DNA from: an uncultured virus (IMG/VR IMGVR_UViG_3300024308_000304)
Lineage: Duplodnaviria; Heunggongvirae; Uroviricota; Caudoviricetes
Virus record (IMG/VR): IMGVR_UViG_3300024308_000304
Reading direction: 5' to 3' (one strand)
Length of the DNA: 64,000 nt
Positions 10,143 through 20,594 of this stretch are shown here, piece after piece. Position numbers and translations under genes: made by a program. The notes beneath the pieces were generated by a model that was not told the DNA's origin, did not search any database, and was given only the letters and a program-made list of their open reading frames with translations. Within the stretch, counting starts at the first letter, position 1, and every line of letters starts with the position of its first letter.

Positions 10143-12011
10143 CTATTTTTTCATTAAATCCTTAACTCTTTCATGAAGATAATCACGTTGAGCTAACTCT
10201 GCTGGGATTGGTTCACCTATTTCAACAGTTATCTTTCTAAACATTGTCCTTGGGTATCTTAATTTATGTTTTCGACTAAATATGCTGCCATAAATACCCT
10301 TTAAAGCTACTGGAATAACTGGTGATTTAGAAGTATTTACAATACGTTCAATACCTGCTTTAAATGGCTGTATTTCACCATCATATGTAATAAAGCCTTC
10401 TGGGAATATACATACAACTTCACCATTCTCAAGATATTCATTCAATTTATCAAAGCATTGAGACAATATCTCAGGAGACTCTTTCACACCAGCAATAGGT
10501 ACGGCTCCCATTTGTCTAAACAACCAATTTAATACTGGTATATTAAATATCTTGTAATACATAACAAATCTGATAGGACGTTTAATAACACTTACCAATA
10601 ATAAAGCATCAATAAAACTCACATGGTTAGCAACAATTACAATCTTTCCTTCTTTTGGTATATTTGCCAAACCATTTGTTTTTATTCTATACATGAATGT
10701 CAAAACAAACCATGTAATGAAACGCAAATAGAATTCTGGAATCTTTTTATAAATATAGAAAGCAACTATCCAGTTAGCCAATGATAATACCAAGAATAAT
10801 TGAGCGATACTCAACCATTTTAATAGTACAACAGCCATGATAGCTGAAACAACCATAAACAATGAGTTAAAAATATTATTAGCAGCAATAATGCGAGACA
10901 TGTGCTCTTTGACACTTCTTGTTTGTATTATTGCATAAAGTGGTACAGTATAGAAACCACCAAATAAACCAATAGCAAAAAGATAGATACATAGGAATAT
11001 GCTTCTTGGGTCTTCGTTATAATCAGCTAAACTTAAAAGATTACCATCCTTCATAAGAGCCATTGAATCAAATGTTGTGAATTCATAAAAGAATAGAGCA
11101 CCAAAGAATGTAATACCGAAAGAACCAAAAGCCACAAGCCCTACTTCAATATAATCTTTTGATATTCTCTCACAAAGCATAGACCCAAGGCCAATACCAA
11201 TTGAGAAAACTACTAAGAATAAAGTAACAACATCTTCTGAATAACCCATTTCACTTTTAACAAGTTGTGGTAATTGAGTAAGATAAATAGCTCCTAAGAA
11301 CCAGAACCATGAAACTGCAATCACAGACATCTTTACTGAAGGCACTTGTTGTTTGAATATTGATAAAACTTCTTTTGTAGCTGAATATAAATTGAAATTT
11401 ATTTTCAATTGACTGTTCACAGATTCTGCTTTAGGGATAAATAGGCTTGATATAAAACCAAATACAGCAACAGCTAAAACAGCAATAGAAACTAAAAACT
11501 CACCATTATTTTCTGTGATAAGATACACTCCAAGCATCGTACCCAACAAGATAGCCAAAAATGTACCCATTTCAATAATACCATTACCAGCAATAATTTC
11601 TTTTTCATCTAAATGTTGTGGTAAAATACTGTATTTCAGTGGACCAAAGAATGCTGATTGAGTGCCCATTAAAAATAACATTGCAATCAAACCATTAACG
11701 GAATCAAAATAAAAACAGACACTCGCACATAGCATTATAATGATTTCACAAAACTTGTTCACTTTAATGACTAAAGACTTTTCATACTTTTCAGCAATCT
11801 GACCAGCAGTTGCTGAGAATAAGAAGAAAGGAAGAATAAATAAACCAGCAGCCAAGTTTACATAAAAGTTAGAATCTGTAACCAACTTGTATACAACCAT
11901 CATAATTAAAGCATTTTTGAAAATATTATCATTAAAGGCACCTAAAAATTGGGTGACAAATAATGGTAGAAAACGTTTTTCTTTTAATAAAGATAAAGTA
12001 TTACCTTGCAT
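10143..12011 (-). CDS. MFS lysophospholipid transporter (LplT-like) fused to PlsC-type acyltransferase
   Basis: ~12 TM helices with FLGAFNDNIFK and FFGPLKYSILPQ; C-terminal NHVSFID (HX4D) and FPEG acyltransferase motifs. Confidence 0.9.
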   Translation of the reverse strand: MQGNTLSLLKEKRFLPLFVTQFLGAFNDNIFKNALIMMVVYKLVTDSNFYVNLAAGLFILPFFLFSATAGQIAEKYEKSLVIKVNKFCEIIIMLCASVCFYFDSVNGLIAMLFLMGTQSAFFGPLKYSILPQHLDEKEIIAGNGIIEMGTFLAILLGTMLGVYLITENNGEFLVSIAVLAVAVFGFISSLFIPKAESVNSQLKINFNLYSATKEVLSIFKQQVPSVKMSVIAVSWFWFLGAIYLTQLPQLVKSEMGYSEDVVTLFLVVFSIGIGLGSMLCERISKDYIEVGLVAFGSFGITFFGALFFYEFTTFDSMALMKDGNLLSLADYNEDPRSIFLCIYLFAIGLFGGFYTVPLYAIIQTRSVKEHMSRIIAANNIFNSLFMVVSAIMAVVLLKWLSIAQLFLVLSLANWIVAFYIYKKIPEFYLRFITWFVLTFMYRIKTNGLANIPKEGKIVIVANHVSFIDALLLVSVIKRPIRFVMYYKIFNIPVLNWLFRQMGAVPIAGVKESPEILSQCFDKLNEYLENGEVVCIFPEGFITYDGEIQPFKAGIERIVNTSKSPVIPVALKGIYGSIFSRKHKLRYPRTMFRKITVEIGEPIPAELAQRDYLHERVKDLMKK

Positions 12012-12104
12012 TTAATTCTCCTATTAATTAATACAATAATAACATTTTGTATATTTTAGATCAACATTATAACTTCATTATAAGAAAAAAGAGCCTTGTT
12101 AGGC

Positions 12105-13754
12105 TCATTTTAATTGATTTTTCAATTCAACTTTACTTTTTTGTTTAGCATATTCAGTTTGAGTGGCTTTTAATGCAACGTACTCATTTTCAAAATATTT
12201 GCCTACCAAACTAATACCTGTTTTCAAAAATAGATTTTTATCTTCTGCTGACATTTCGCTATTAGTCGCTACAAAGTCAAACATAGATTGAAAGTTCTTT
12301 TCAAAATCACCATGATCAACCATTAAAATCCTTTCATCATCTTTATACTTTTCTTTAAAATGCTCTTTAAAATCAGAACGACTTGTAAATTGAGAAAAAG
12401 GTAAAACTACTAAATAACCATTTTTATTTTGTTGTTCAAGATAATCTTCAAATATATCAAGATTTGATGAACTTAAAGATATTGTACTAATAAATGAAAT
12501 TTTTGGTTCAAATTTGTTGCCATTTGCGGCAATGATTCTTTCTGATGTAACATAGTCCAATAATTCAATACCATTAGATACATACATGTGATCTGTTTCT
12601 TTTGGCTCTCTTACATATCTATTTGCACCCTGTAAATTATTTCTATTTGTAGTTATAAATTTACTTTTATGAACTAATGAACCATCTAAGTAATCTTTAA
12701 ATTTGTTCTCTAAATAATTATTATTTTTATATGGAGAATTATCTTTATTAACATATTCTTGAGTCTCTTTGTAAGTGGTTCTAATTGAATGAGCCTTATC
12801 CATCAAGATCTCTGGAAATTCAAGTTCTATTTTTTCAAAAAGTGAATCTAAAAATACTTTATGTGTGTCTCTATAAAAATCCATTGTTGGCATTGACATA
12901 GAAAGCTCAATGTATTCTATCATAGTGGACTTAAAATTTGAAAAACAAACTTTATCATACAGACTTATTATTTTTTCATCTGTTGTTGTATTTTTATCAA
13001 ATAAAATAGAAGCTATTGAATCTTTTTGAGATGGATGCTCCAATATTTGATAAATTTTATCTATATCAGGATTTGAAATAGAACCTTGATCCAATAATGA
13101 ATGTAGAGTGCTATTATATTTTTCAGCAACAGCTTTTAAAAGTTTATATGTTTTTGCACTGACTGGAGTATAATCTTTATTATGAATGATATTTTGAAAA
13201 TCATTGTACAAATTGTGATCTGAAATAAACTTATTATTAGTAAATGAGTTGTCAATATAAAGGCTACGAATTATATCAGACTCACCCGGCAATGTTTCAA
13301 GTTTTGAAGGAATGCCTTTTTCAATATTTTTTATTATTCTTGAAATATCTTTTAAACCATACACATAAAAATCAGAACTATCCAATACAAATCTATTCAG
13401 CAATTTAAAATCATCATCATTAAAAACAGCTATTAATTCTTTAACTGAGTTTGAATTGTTAAGCTTTTCCAATGTGGATTCACAAGCTGGAATATCGACT
13501 TCTTCTAAAACTAAATGATTTGCAAAAACTCGTGAAGACAAATTATCAGTAACAAGATTTTTATTAGTAACGCCAAAGTTTCTTTTAAAATAACTTAATC
13601 CATGTGGAATAGTCATAATCATATCAAATTTAGCATCATCTTTAAAATAAGGATAACTTTTTAATCTATCAACAAACATATGTTGAACATCATTATTATG
13701 TTTCATATCCACCCAATTTTTGGAAAGACTATCTTGTAAATACTTATTTATCAT
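12105..13754 (-). CDS. Hypothetical protein; Lys-rich C-terminus
   Basis: 549-aa ORF ending KQKSKVELKNQLK. Confidence 0.75.
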   Translation of the reverse strand: MINKYLQDSLSKNWVDMKHNNDVQHMFVDRLKSYPYFKDDAKFDMIMTIPHGLSYFKRNFGVTNKNLVTDNLSSRVFANHLVLEEVDIPACESTLEKLNNSNSVKELIAVFNDDDFKLLNRFVLDSSDFYVYGLKDISRIIKNIEKGIPSKLETLPGESDIIRSLYIDNSFTNNKFISDHNLYNDFQNIIHNKDYTPVSAKTYKLLKAVAEKYNSTLHSLLDQGSISNPDIDKIYQILEHPSQKDSIASILFDKNTTTDEKIISLYDKVCFSNFKSTMIEYIELSMSMPTMDFYRDTHKVFLDSLFEKIELEFPEILMDKAHSIRTTYKETQEYVNKDNSPYKNNNYLENKFKDYLDGSLVHKSKFITTNRNNLQGANRYVREPKETDHMYVSNGIELLDYVTSERIIAANGNKFEPKISFISTISLSSSNLDIFEDYLEQQNKNGYLVVLPFSQFTSRSDFKEHFKEKYKDDERILMVDHGDFEKNFQSMFDFVATNSEMSAEDKNLFLKTGISLVGKYFENEYVALKATQTEYAKQKSKVELKNQLK

Positions 13755-13758
13755 TATA

Positions 13759-15528
13759 TCAACCTACCAATTTATTTGTGATTTTTGTTTTTTCATTGTC
13801 TGACTTAAACAATCTCTTCTCAAGCTCAGGATGCATTTTTTCAAATGTATGTCTCTGATTAATAAGAATGGCATCAGTTAAATCCATAACTTCTGATCTT
13901 TCTAAGCTGTCATCATCTTTCAAATGTGCATTTCTAAATGTACCATTAGCTTCAAGTGTAATACCAATCATACTATCAGTATCTCTTGTTGTTCTTGTAA
14001 AATCAAAAACAATATATTGCCTTTTACCATAACCAGTGTAATCTTCATAATAACTTTCATCACGAACAATGCACCAACTTGTAGTGCCTAACTCTTTCAT
14101 TTGTTCATAATCCGTTGTTTCTACAATAAGTCTGTCATTGTCACTTGAAACAATAGTAGCTCCAACTTCATTTGCTTTATTAGTTAATGTTTCCATATCA
14201 AAACCATCTAATTTAGATAAAAATGATGTTAAATGTTTATTTAAATCGCTTGCTGTTTCAAATGCTGCTATTTTTTTACCTACAAATTTTTGAAGATTTT
14301 CTTTTGAAACTTTTTGCTCATATATATCTTTTAACAAATCCATTGTTTTATCATTGTATAAGTGTTTATATTTATTACTTACGATACTATATGCAAATTG
14401 AATAAAACGTTGCTCATCTGCTTTTCTTGAAAAACTATCATCAAAGCCTTCTACTGATTTGGTTAAACATTCTTTTAGAAATAATTCATATTTATCTTTC
14501 AATAAAGTTTTAACTAAATTTTCATTTTCAAGAAAACGATTTATAGTATTTAATATTTTATGAAAATCATCATTATCTTCTTCAAATTTTTGTTTAAATG
14601 CTTTCATAATTATAGGTTTCTTTCTTAAAACAAACTCAATAACAGACTGTTTTAATTCTTCAATCATATTTTTATTTTTAAAATGAGATATATTATACTG
14701 ATAATCACCATTTTTCTCTCTAAAACAACAACTACCATCATTGAATAAAATAGCACCAGAAATAGTTTGACTAGAAGTAAACTCTATCTTATCAGCTATA
14801 CTTTTTTCAATGATAACTTGCTGTAGCTGTGTAGGATTTTTTTGATTTCTAACAAAGACTTCTGCTTCTGGAACAATATCAGCATCCATCAGCTTATTAA
14901 TAACATTATTTTTAACTTTCATGATATCAGCTATTTTTCCAAGATAATACGTGGAAGTAAAATACCCACGTATATCAGGAAAATCTAAATTATCAAGATC
15001 ACTATTCTCTAATGTCTTTTTTATTGATTTTAAGTGTCTTGAGGAATAGATTTCGCCTAATTCTGATATTTTTGCATACTGTGAACATTGTAATGCTAAT
15101 TTTTTCAAATCTCTTACCTGAGAGATTGCATTATTAACATTATCTCTTAAGTTATCTATATGAATTTTGTATTCTTTCTCTGAATCAAAGACATCTATAT
15201 TATGTTTTTTAGCGAAACTAAAAATATCTTGCATAATAAAGTCAACTTGATCAACTAAATAATTGGTATTTAAATTAGAAGCATCCAAATAATCTATTTC
15301 ATAAGCTTTAATCCTATAAAACATATCTTTTGTTGGTTCACCTTCCAATGCTTTTTTTATAACATACAAACTTTCAATAAAATTTAAACTTGTGAAATTT
15401 GGTTTGAAAAGATTTTTTAGATGAACATCAATAGAAGTCACAAATCCCATAGATGTTTCATAATTAGAATATTTTTTTGAATTACTAATGTCATTGAAAT
15501 TATTTAGGCTATCAACAATATTTTGCAT
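13759..15528 (-). CDS. Hypothetical protein, WCI-domain paralog 3
   Basis: 589-aa ORF with LGTTSWCIVRDESYYEDY and SMIGITL. Confidence 0.8.
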   Translation of the reverse strand: MQNIVDSLNNFNDISNSKKYSNYETSMGFVTSIDVHLKNLFKPNFTSLNFIESLYVIKKALEGEPTKDMFYRIKAYEIDYLDASNLNTNYLVDQVDFIMQDIFSFAKKHNIDVFDSEKEYKIHIDNLRDNVNNAISQVRDLKKLALQCSQYAKISELGEIYSSRHLKSIKKTLENSDLDNLDFPDIRGYFTSTYYLGKIADIMKVKNNVINKLMDADIVPEAEVFVRNQKNPTQLQQVIIEKSIADKIEFTSSQTISGAILFNDGSCCFREKNGDYQYNISHFKNKNMIEELKQSVIEFVLRKKPIIMKAFKQKFEEDNDDFHKILNTINRFLENENLVKTLLKDKYELFLKECLTKSVEGFDDSFSRKADEQRFIQFAYSIVSNKYKHLYNDKTMDLLKDIYEQKVSKENLQKFVGKKIAAFETASDLNKHLTSFLSKLDGFDMETLTNKANEVGATIVSSDNDRLIVETTDYEQMKELGTTSWCIVRDESYYEDYTGYGKRQYIVFDFTRTTRDTDSMIGITLEANGTFRNAHLKDDDSLERSEVMDLTDAILINQRHTFEKMHPELEKRLFKSDNEKTKITNKLVG

Positions 15529-15573
15529 ATTTTTTTTTAATGTTTTTAATATTATAGCATATATATAAAAAAC

Positions 15574-15595
15574 AAAAAGACTCCGAAGAGTCTTT
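15574..15595 (-). terminator. Intrinsic terminator
   Basis: AAAGACTC-TTCG-GAGTCTTT plus T-run on the minus strand. Confidence 0.7.
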
Positions 15596-17804
15596 AAGCT
15601 AAGTATTTAGACATAATTTCATCTAAATCCATTAGTTTGTCAAGGTCGAATACAGTATCATATTCAACGCCTTCAACTGGCTCATAGTGAACAAGTTCTG
15701 CCCTTGCTTTCGCATGGAAATCAAACAGTTCAAACAATGTAGTCTTAATGTTAACCATATCCAAACCAGCTTTCATCGCATCCATTGTTACATTTTGGCT
15801 GTTATGATAGTTACCATAAATACCATCAGATTTAGTCACGAGATCAAGCCAGATAACTTCCATGTTCTCCAAATCAAACAACATTGGAGTACAAGATCTG
15901 CTTTCAGACGTAATATCAAACTTCTGACGTACAGTAGTTGCATCAAATTGACGACCATTAGGTTCTTGTCTCTCCATATAACCAGCAAAGCATTCCATGG
16001 TTGAGAATGGCTCACCAGTATATGAATAGATATTAACAGCAACATAACGTATACCAGTACGTTTAAACGCTTCTACATCAATATCAACAAACTCAACAGC
16101 ACCATGACGACCATCACGGATATCACCAGAGTGAACTGAGCGACCATAGCTGCTCAAGTTGTAATAAGAAATTACACCTTTGTTCACCAACTTTTCATCA
16201 AACATAGCAATCGCTAAGTCAACGTCAACTGGTGCTTTCCAATAAGTAAATAATCTTACAAATGGAGTTGAATTATCCAACTTGATACGTGAACCACGAG
16301 GTAAGTTTATCAAGGATTTAGATGCACTTCTCTGAGAGAATGGCACAAGTACACTCTCCAACTCTTTTTTAATCAACACCTTACCCAAAGACTCTTGTTT
16401 TGAGAATCTTGATTTCAATTCTTTATCAATAATCTTAACAACCTTATTGATATGTGTAATAGAAATAACATCACGATCATCACCATCAATCAATTGAATC
16501 TTAGACATCTTACCTTTTGGGATGTATGCACGGAATTCACGTTTGTTGTCACGATTTTTAATATGCTTACGGATGTTCAAAAGCATAGCTGTTTGAACAG
16601 AACCTACAACACCTTCAAAACCTTTAACAACATCAGTTGGAACAGATGCAATACGTAACATATAATCCAAACGGCGAGCAAATTCACCTGCTCTTGTTGA
16701 AAGCAACTGAACAGCTTCAAGCATTTGAACTTTATTTTTTGACTCATAACGTGCAGCCATAAGTAAAGATTCAACTTTGCTATTGAATGTCTCAATTTCT
16801 TTTACATGGTTTCTGATTTTATCAAATGCAGCAAAAGCCACTGGATATTTTTTAGCATAACTACCTACATGAAGCACTTCACCAAGTTTAATCCAATTTT
16901 CACGATAACGAACCATATCAACTTCTGCGTTATTCACATTATTCAACAATGAAAGAACGAGTTTTCTTTCACGATTTTTCAATTTGAATTTAGTATTCGC
17001 TGCCAATGAAACATCACCACCAGACAATTGTACAGCCAAACGCAATACATCAGTAGCGGTTTTAAAGTATGCAGCCACATCGTTTTCACTGATGGAAGTA
17101 TGATTCATCAACTGATGAACCAAGTAAACCATTGTTTCTTTCTGATCTACAGTAGTAGGCAAGTGCTCTTTGATAGCATCACCAAAATGAGCAATCAAAG
17201 TTTGGATAGCTTCTTTATCACTATCTGAAATAGATGTTTTTGCCATCAACAAGTTTTTAAATACATCAAATACAACTGATTCTTCAACCAATTTAATGAT
17301 TTTGAACTGTTTCACTCCCTCAAGATCTTTATGAGAGTCATCATGATTCATCAATGAAAGATCTTGTTTTTCACAGATAGGACATGCAGAGTAATTATCA
17401 AGATTAAACATATGAGTACAAACCAAGTGTCCACATGCTAATACCTTGTATTCTTTTGGATTGATACCAAACAAGTTTTGGAAATAACCAAGAATCTTCT
17501 TGAACATGAGTTCATCAGTATCAGGAATACCATTAGGGAATGATTTGAAAAGAGGCACATAACGAACGTTTGCACCAACCATAACTTTCAACTCTTCCAC
17601 CAAGAAAGAATGAAATGCTTTAATCTGATATTTATCAAAAGTTGATACAATATCCATCACTGGTTTGTCCAGAGTATAACCTAACTGAGCAATATCAGCC
17701 ATCAACGCTAAAACCATATGACTATTGTAAGCCGTACCTTGATTAGCAACCAAAGCTACAGATTGTTTACGGTTTAACAACAATTTATTAGTGATAGTGT
17801 TCAT
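15594..17804 (-). CDS. Prok-RING_4-type finger + ROT/TROVE-like repeats + C-terminal TerD-like domain protein
   Basis: Motifs CGHLVC..CPIC, ATDVLRLA..LSGGDVSL, RAGEFARRLD and VDL....D....ISYYNL...HSGDI..G..EFVDID. Start moved from 17840 to ATG 17804, which has an AGGAG SD. Confidence 0.8.
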   Translation of the reverse strand: MNTITNKLLLNRKQSVALVANQGTAYNSHMVLALMADIAQLGYTLDKPVMDIVSTFDKYQIKAFHSFLVEELKVMVGANVRYVPLFKSFPNGIPDTDELMFKKILGYFQNLFGINPKEYKVLACGHLVCTHMFNLDNYSACPICEKQDLSLMNHDDSHKDLEGVKQFKIIKLVEESVVFDVFKNLLMAKTSISDSDKEAIQTLIAHFGDAIKEHLPTTVDQKETMVYLVHQLMNHTSISENDVAAYFKTATDVLRLAVQLSGGDVSLAANTKFKLKNRERKLVLSLLNNVNNAEVDMVRYRENWIKLGEVLHVGSYAKKYPVAFAAFDKIRNHVKEIETFNSKVESLLMAARYESKNKVQMLEAVQLLSTRAGEFARRLDYMLRIASVPTDVVKGFEGVVGSVQTAMLLNIRKHIKNRDNKREFRAYIPKGKMSKIQLIDGDDRDVISITHINKVVKIIDKELKSRFSKQESLGKVLIKKELESVLVPFSQRSASKSLINLPRGSRIKLDNSTPFVRLFTYWKAPVDVDLAIAMFDEKLVNKGVISYYNLSSYGRSVHSGDIRDGRHGAVEFVDIDVEAFKRTGIRYVAVNIYSYTGEPFSTMECFAGYMERQEPNGRQFDATTVRQKFDITSESRSCTPMLFDLENMEVIWLDLVTKSDGIYGNYHNSQNVTMDAMKAGLDMVNIKTTLFELFDFHAKARAELVHYEPVEGVEYDTVFDLDKLMDLDEIMSKYLA

Positions 17805-17959
17805 GGTGTTTCTCCTATATTTAATTTGACAGAACATCATAGGTTACAGAAATTTTTGCATAATGTCAACATATTTTTCAAAAAAAACAAAAAAAAATTG
17901 AAATTTAACAAAAATGAAAAAATATGGTAAATTATTATTAGTACAATAGATTTTATATT

Positions 17960-19072
17960 ATGAACCAAATTAAAAAAGATTTAATATTAGGAGTCCACAC
18001 AAATCATCAGTTGACTTGTCCATATATCAATGCTTTGCAGTTTATAGAGAATAAAAGCTCTAAAACCTATGAAGTAGAATTATTTAATAGCCCTAAACAC
18101 TTACTGATCAACACTGATGAATTATTGTCAGCAATGAAAGATCTTGATAAGTGGGCATATGAAATAATAGAATTATACAAAAAGCTACCAGAAGATATTC
18201 AACATAAAATTGAAGAAGAAGGTAAAACCCAAAACAGAATATCTCACATTTCTGAATATTTAGAAATACGTTGTGAAGATAAAATAAAAGAATACGAAAC
18301 AAATGTTAATAAAGCAATAAACAGATGGGAAAATGATCATCAAGACTACACAGAAAGTATAGAGACAATTAAATCTCTTGAATATTCTGTACAAGAAAAT
18401 GAATTTGTTATGAATCAGACAAAAAAAGCAGACGTAAAAATAATACTTGCAGAAGAAATAAAAGAAGACAAACTGACCATACAAAGTCTTAATGATTATA
18501 CTGACACATTATTAGAAGATTTTGAAAATAATGTAAGAGAACAATTTGATAAATATACTTTTGAATTTTCTTATTATCTCGAAATGGTAAGAAGAAGAAA
18601 CAATGAAATAAGAGAACAGGTTCATGAATTACGTGATGATATTATCGCTATAGCAAAACACAAGATGGGCTACTATCAACCTATTGAATACTTAAATCAT
18701 AAATTTGGAGTCGTAGATAAATTAAGCAGTGAAAAATCTATTAATATAGGTATTATAAATAATGAAACTGATTATGGAAATATTGTTGACTTCAATAAAG
18801 ATGGAAAATGGTATTTCTTAAAAATGGTTGCTTATTTAGAGTCTAAAAATGGAGTAACAGCAGAACAGAAAAAAATAATTACAGATGAAATGGAAAATAA
18901 TAAAAATATGAAAGATCCTGAATATAGAAAAGGTAAGCTGTTTAAGTTATTACAAGAAAATGGATATAAGACGATAAGATATTATGATTCATTAAAAGAC
19001 TATACAAACAATCCAGAAAGTCCAAAAATTAAATCTTATACTGAAACATTAAAAAGAAAGATGAAACCATAA
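17960..19072 (+). CDS. Hypothetical coiled-coil protein; Lys-rich C-terminus
   Basis: 370-aa ORF ending LKRKMKP. Confidence 0.75.
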   Translation: MNQIKKDLILGVHTNHQLTCPYINALQFIENKSSKTYEVELFNSPKHLLINTDELLSAMKDLDKWAYEIIELYKKLPEDIQHKIEEEGKTQNRISHISEYLEIRCEDKIKEYETNVNKAINRWENDHQDYTESIETIKSLEYSVQENEFVMNQTKKADVKIILAEEIKEDKLTIQSLNDYTDTLLEDFENNVREQFDKYTFEFSYYLEMVRRRNNEIREQVHELRDDIIAIAKHKMGYYQPIEYLNHKFGVVDKLSSEKSINIGIINNETDYGNIVDFNKDGKWYFLKMVAYLESKNGVTAEQKKIITDEMENNKNMKDPEYRKGKLFKLLQENGYKTIRYYDSLKDYTNNPESPKIKSYTETLKRKMKP

Positions 19073-19083
19073 AGAAAAGACAC

Positions 19084-19746
19084 TCAAGTGTCTTTTTTAT
19101 TTTTTTCTTTTGTTATTCTATAATGAAGGTTTTCAATGTGTTCCATAAATTTTGCTAAAATTTTAAAGTATCCCAAAGGAACTGTGTGATTATCCTTCTC
19201 AAATAAATAGAAATCTGAATAAGAAAACGAAAGGACATTTTCATAGTCATCTTCTGACTCTATTCTTAATCTTGGCAAATGTTCATATTCTTCAAAATAC
19301 ATCATTTTTAAAGCATATCGCAATTCATAAAATGTTTTACTTTTAATTTTCTTAACATTATATTCGAGTAGATCTAAAGTTTTTTTATCACTTTTAGGAG
19401 AAAAGTCCGCATTGCCAGATGAATTAACTAATGTAATAGTTTCTTTTGTGTAGACAATATCAAATAAAATTTTAAGAAATAAAATAATATCTTTGATTTC
19501 TTTATCTTGAAATAAACTAATATTTATAAATGCAGTATCGGGATACATTATTTCACCCTTTATTATAGAAATAACAGAATACATCATTTGACTGGCTTCA
19601 AAAATACCAATATTAAGTTGTTCATCTGATAAAGATTCAAAATCATAAGGGTAAAATATAGACAAGTCAGACTTGCCTATAATTTTTAAACTTAAATTTC
19701 CATGAACTTTCAATAACAACCTTAATGGACAAAATCCTTCTGTCAT
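19084..19746 (-). CDS. Hypothetical protein
   Basis: 220-aa ORF with AAGGT SD. Confidence 0.7.
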   Translation of the reverse strand: MTEGFCPLRLLLKVHGNLSLKIIGKSDLSIFYPYDFESLSDEQLNIGIFEASQMMYSVISIIKGEIMYPDTAFINISLFQDKEIKDIILFLKILFDIVYTKETITLVNSSGNADFSPKSDKKTLDLLEYNVKKIKSKTFYELRYALKMMYFEEYEHLPRLRIESEDDYENVLSFSYSDFYLFEKDNHTVPLGYFKILAKFMEHIENLHYRITKEKNKKDT

Positions 19747-19755
19747 TTATACACC

Positions 19756-20442
19756 TTATTTTGATAATTTAATTCTAATCAAAGCTAAAAATATTAAAGA
19801 CATAACAATATATAATTGAATGCTATTTAATAGTTTCTCTTGTAATGATACATAACTTACATGCAATTTTAAAACTTCATTGAAAGTGCCAATTTGTTCA
19901 ACTTTAATAGTTCTTAAATCTTTCATTTTATAAAGCAATGTTTGATAAGCTGTTTGGAACTTTATTCTATTCAAGTCAGATGGAGTAGCAGAATATCTTT
20001 CTTGATAAGTTTTAGCATTTTCAATCAAAGCCTTATCAGTGCCAGTTGAAATACCGCCAGCTTCTGAATATATTTTAGCAAATTGTGTATTAGCACGTTC
20101 AACATAAGAGTTATCCTGATAACTGCAAAATGATAAGAAAGCAACAACTGATGCACTTAATAATATAACAGCTATTGCCCATTTTTTACATTTCTTGAAA
20201 ATTGTAAAGTTAGTTAATACTGTCAAAATAACAATAAAAATGAGTGCAATTATAGATATTGAAAACATTTGGTCTGGAAGATAGCCTTGCATTATGTTAA
20301 TGAAATTTGAATCATTAGTACCAGTAATTAAAGTATTGGCTTGTTTTTTTACTGAATACATTTCGAATGTATAAAAGAAAGCATAAAATAAAAAGAACAT
20401 TTGAAACAGCCAAAATACTCCAAGTTTTAATTTGTTAAACAT
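19756..20442 (-). CDS. Hypothetical membrane protein (about 4 TM)
   Basis: Hydrophobic segments; GGAG SD. Confidence 0.7.
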   Translation of the reverse strand: MFNKLKLGVFWLFQMFFLFYAFFYTFEMYSVKKQANTLITGTNDSNFINIMQGYLPDQMFSISIIALIFIVILTVLTNFTIFKKCKKWAIAVILLSASVVAFLSFCSYQDNSYVERANTQFAKIYSEAGGISTGTDKALIENAKTYQERYSATPSDLNRIKFQTAYQTLLYKMKDLRTIKVEQIGTFNEVLKLHVSYVSLQEKLLNSIQLYIVMSLIFLALIRIKLSK

Positions 20443-20594
20443 AATATCTCCATAAACAATTATAAATATACTACAATAAGCTCATAATATGTCAACAAAT
20501 CAACAAATGTACATTTTTTCAAGAAATTGATGTTGTATTTCTATCTGTCATATGATAATATTATCACCTATTCACTAAAGAGATCATTTTTTAC

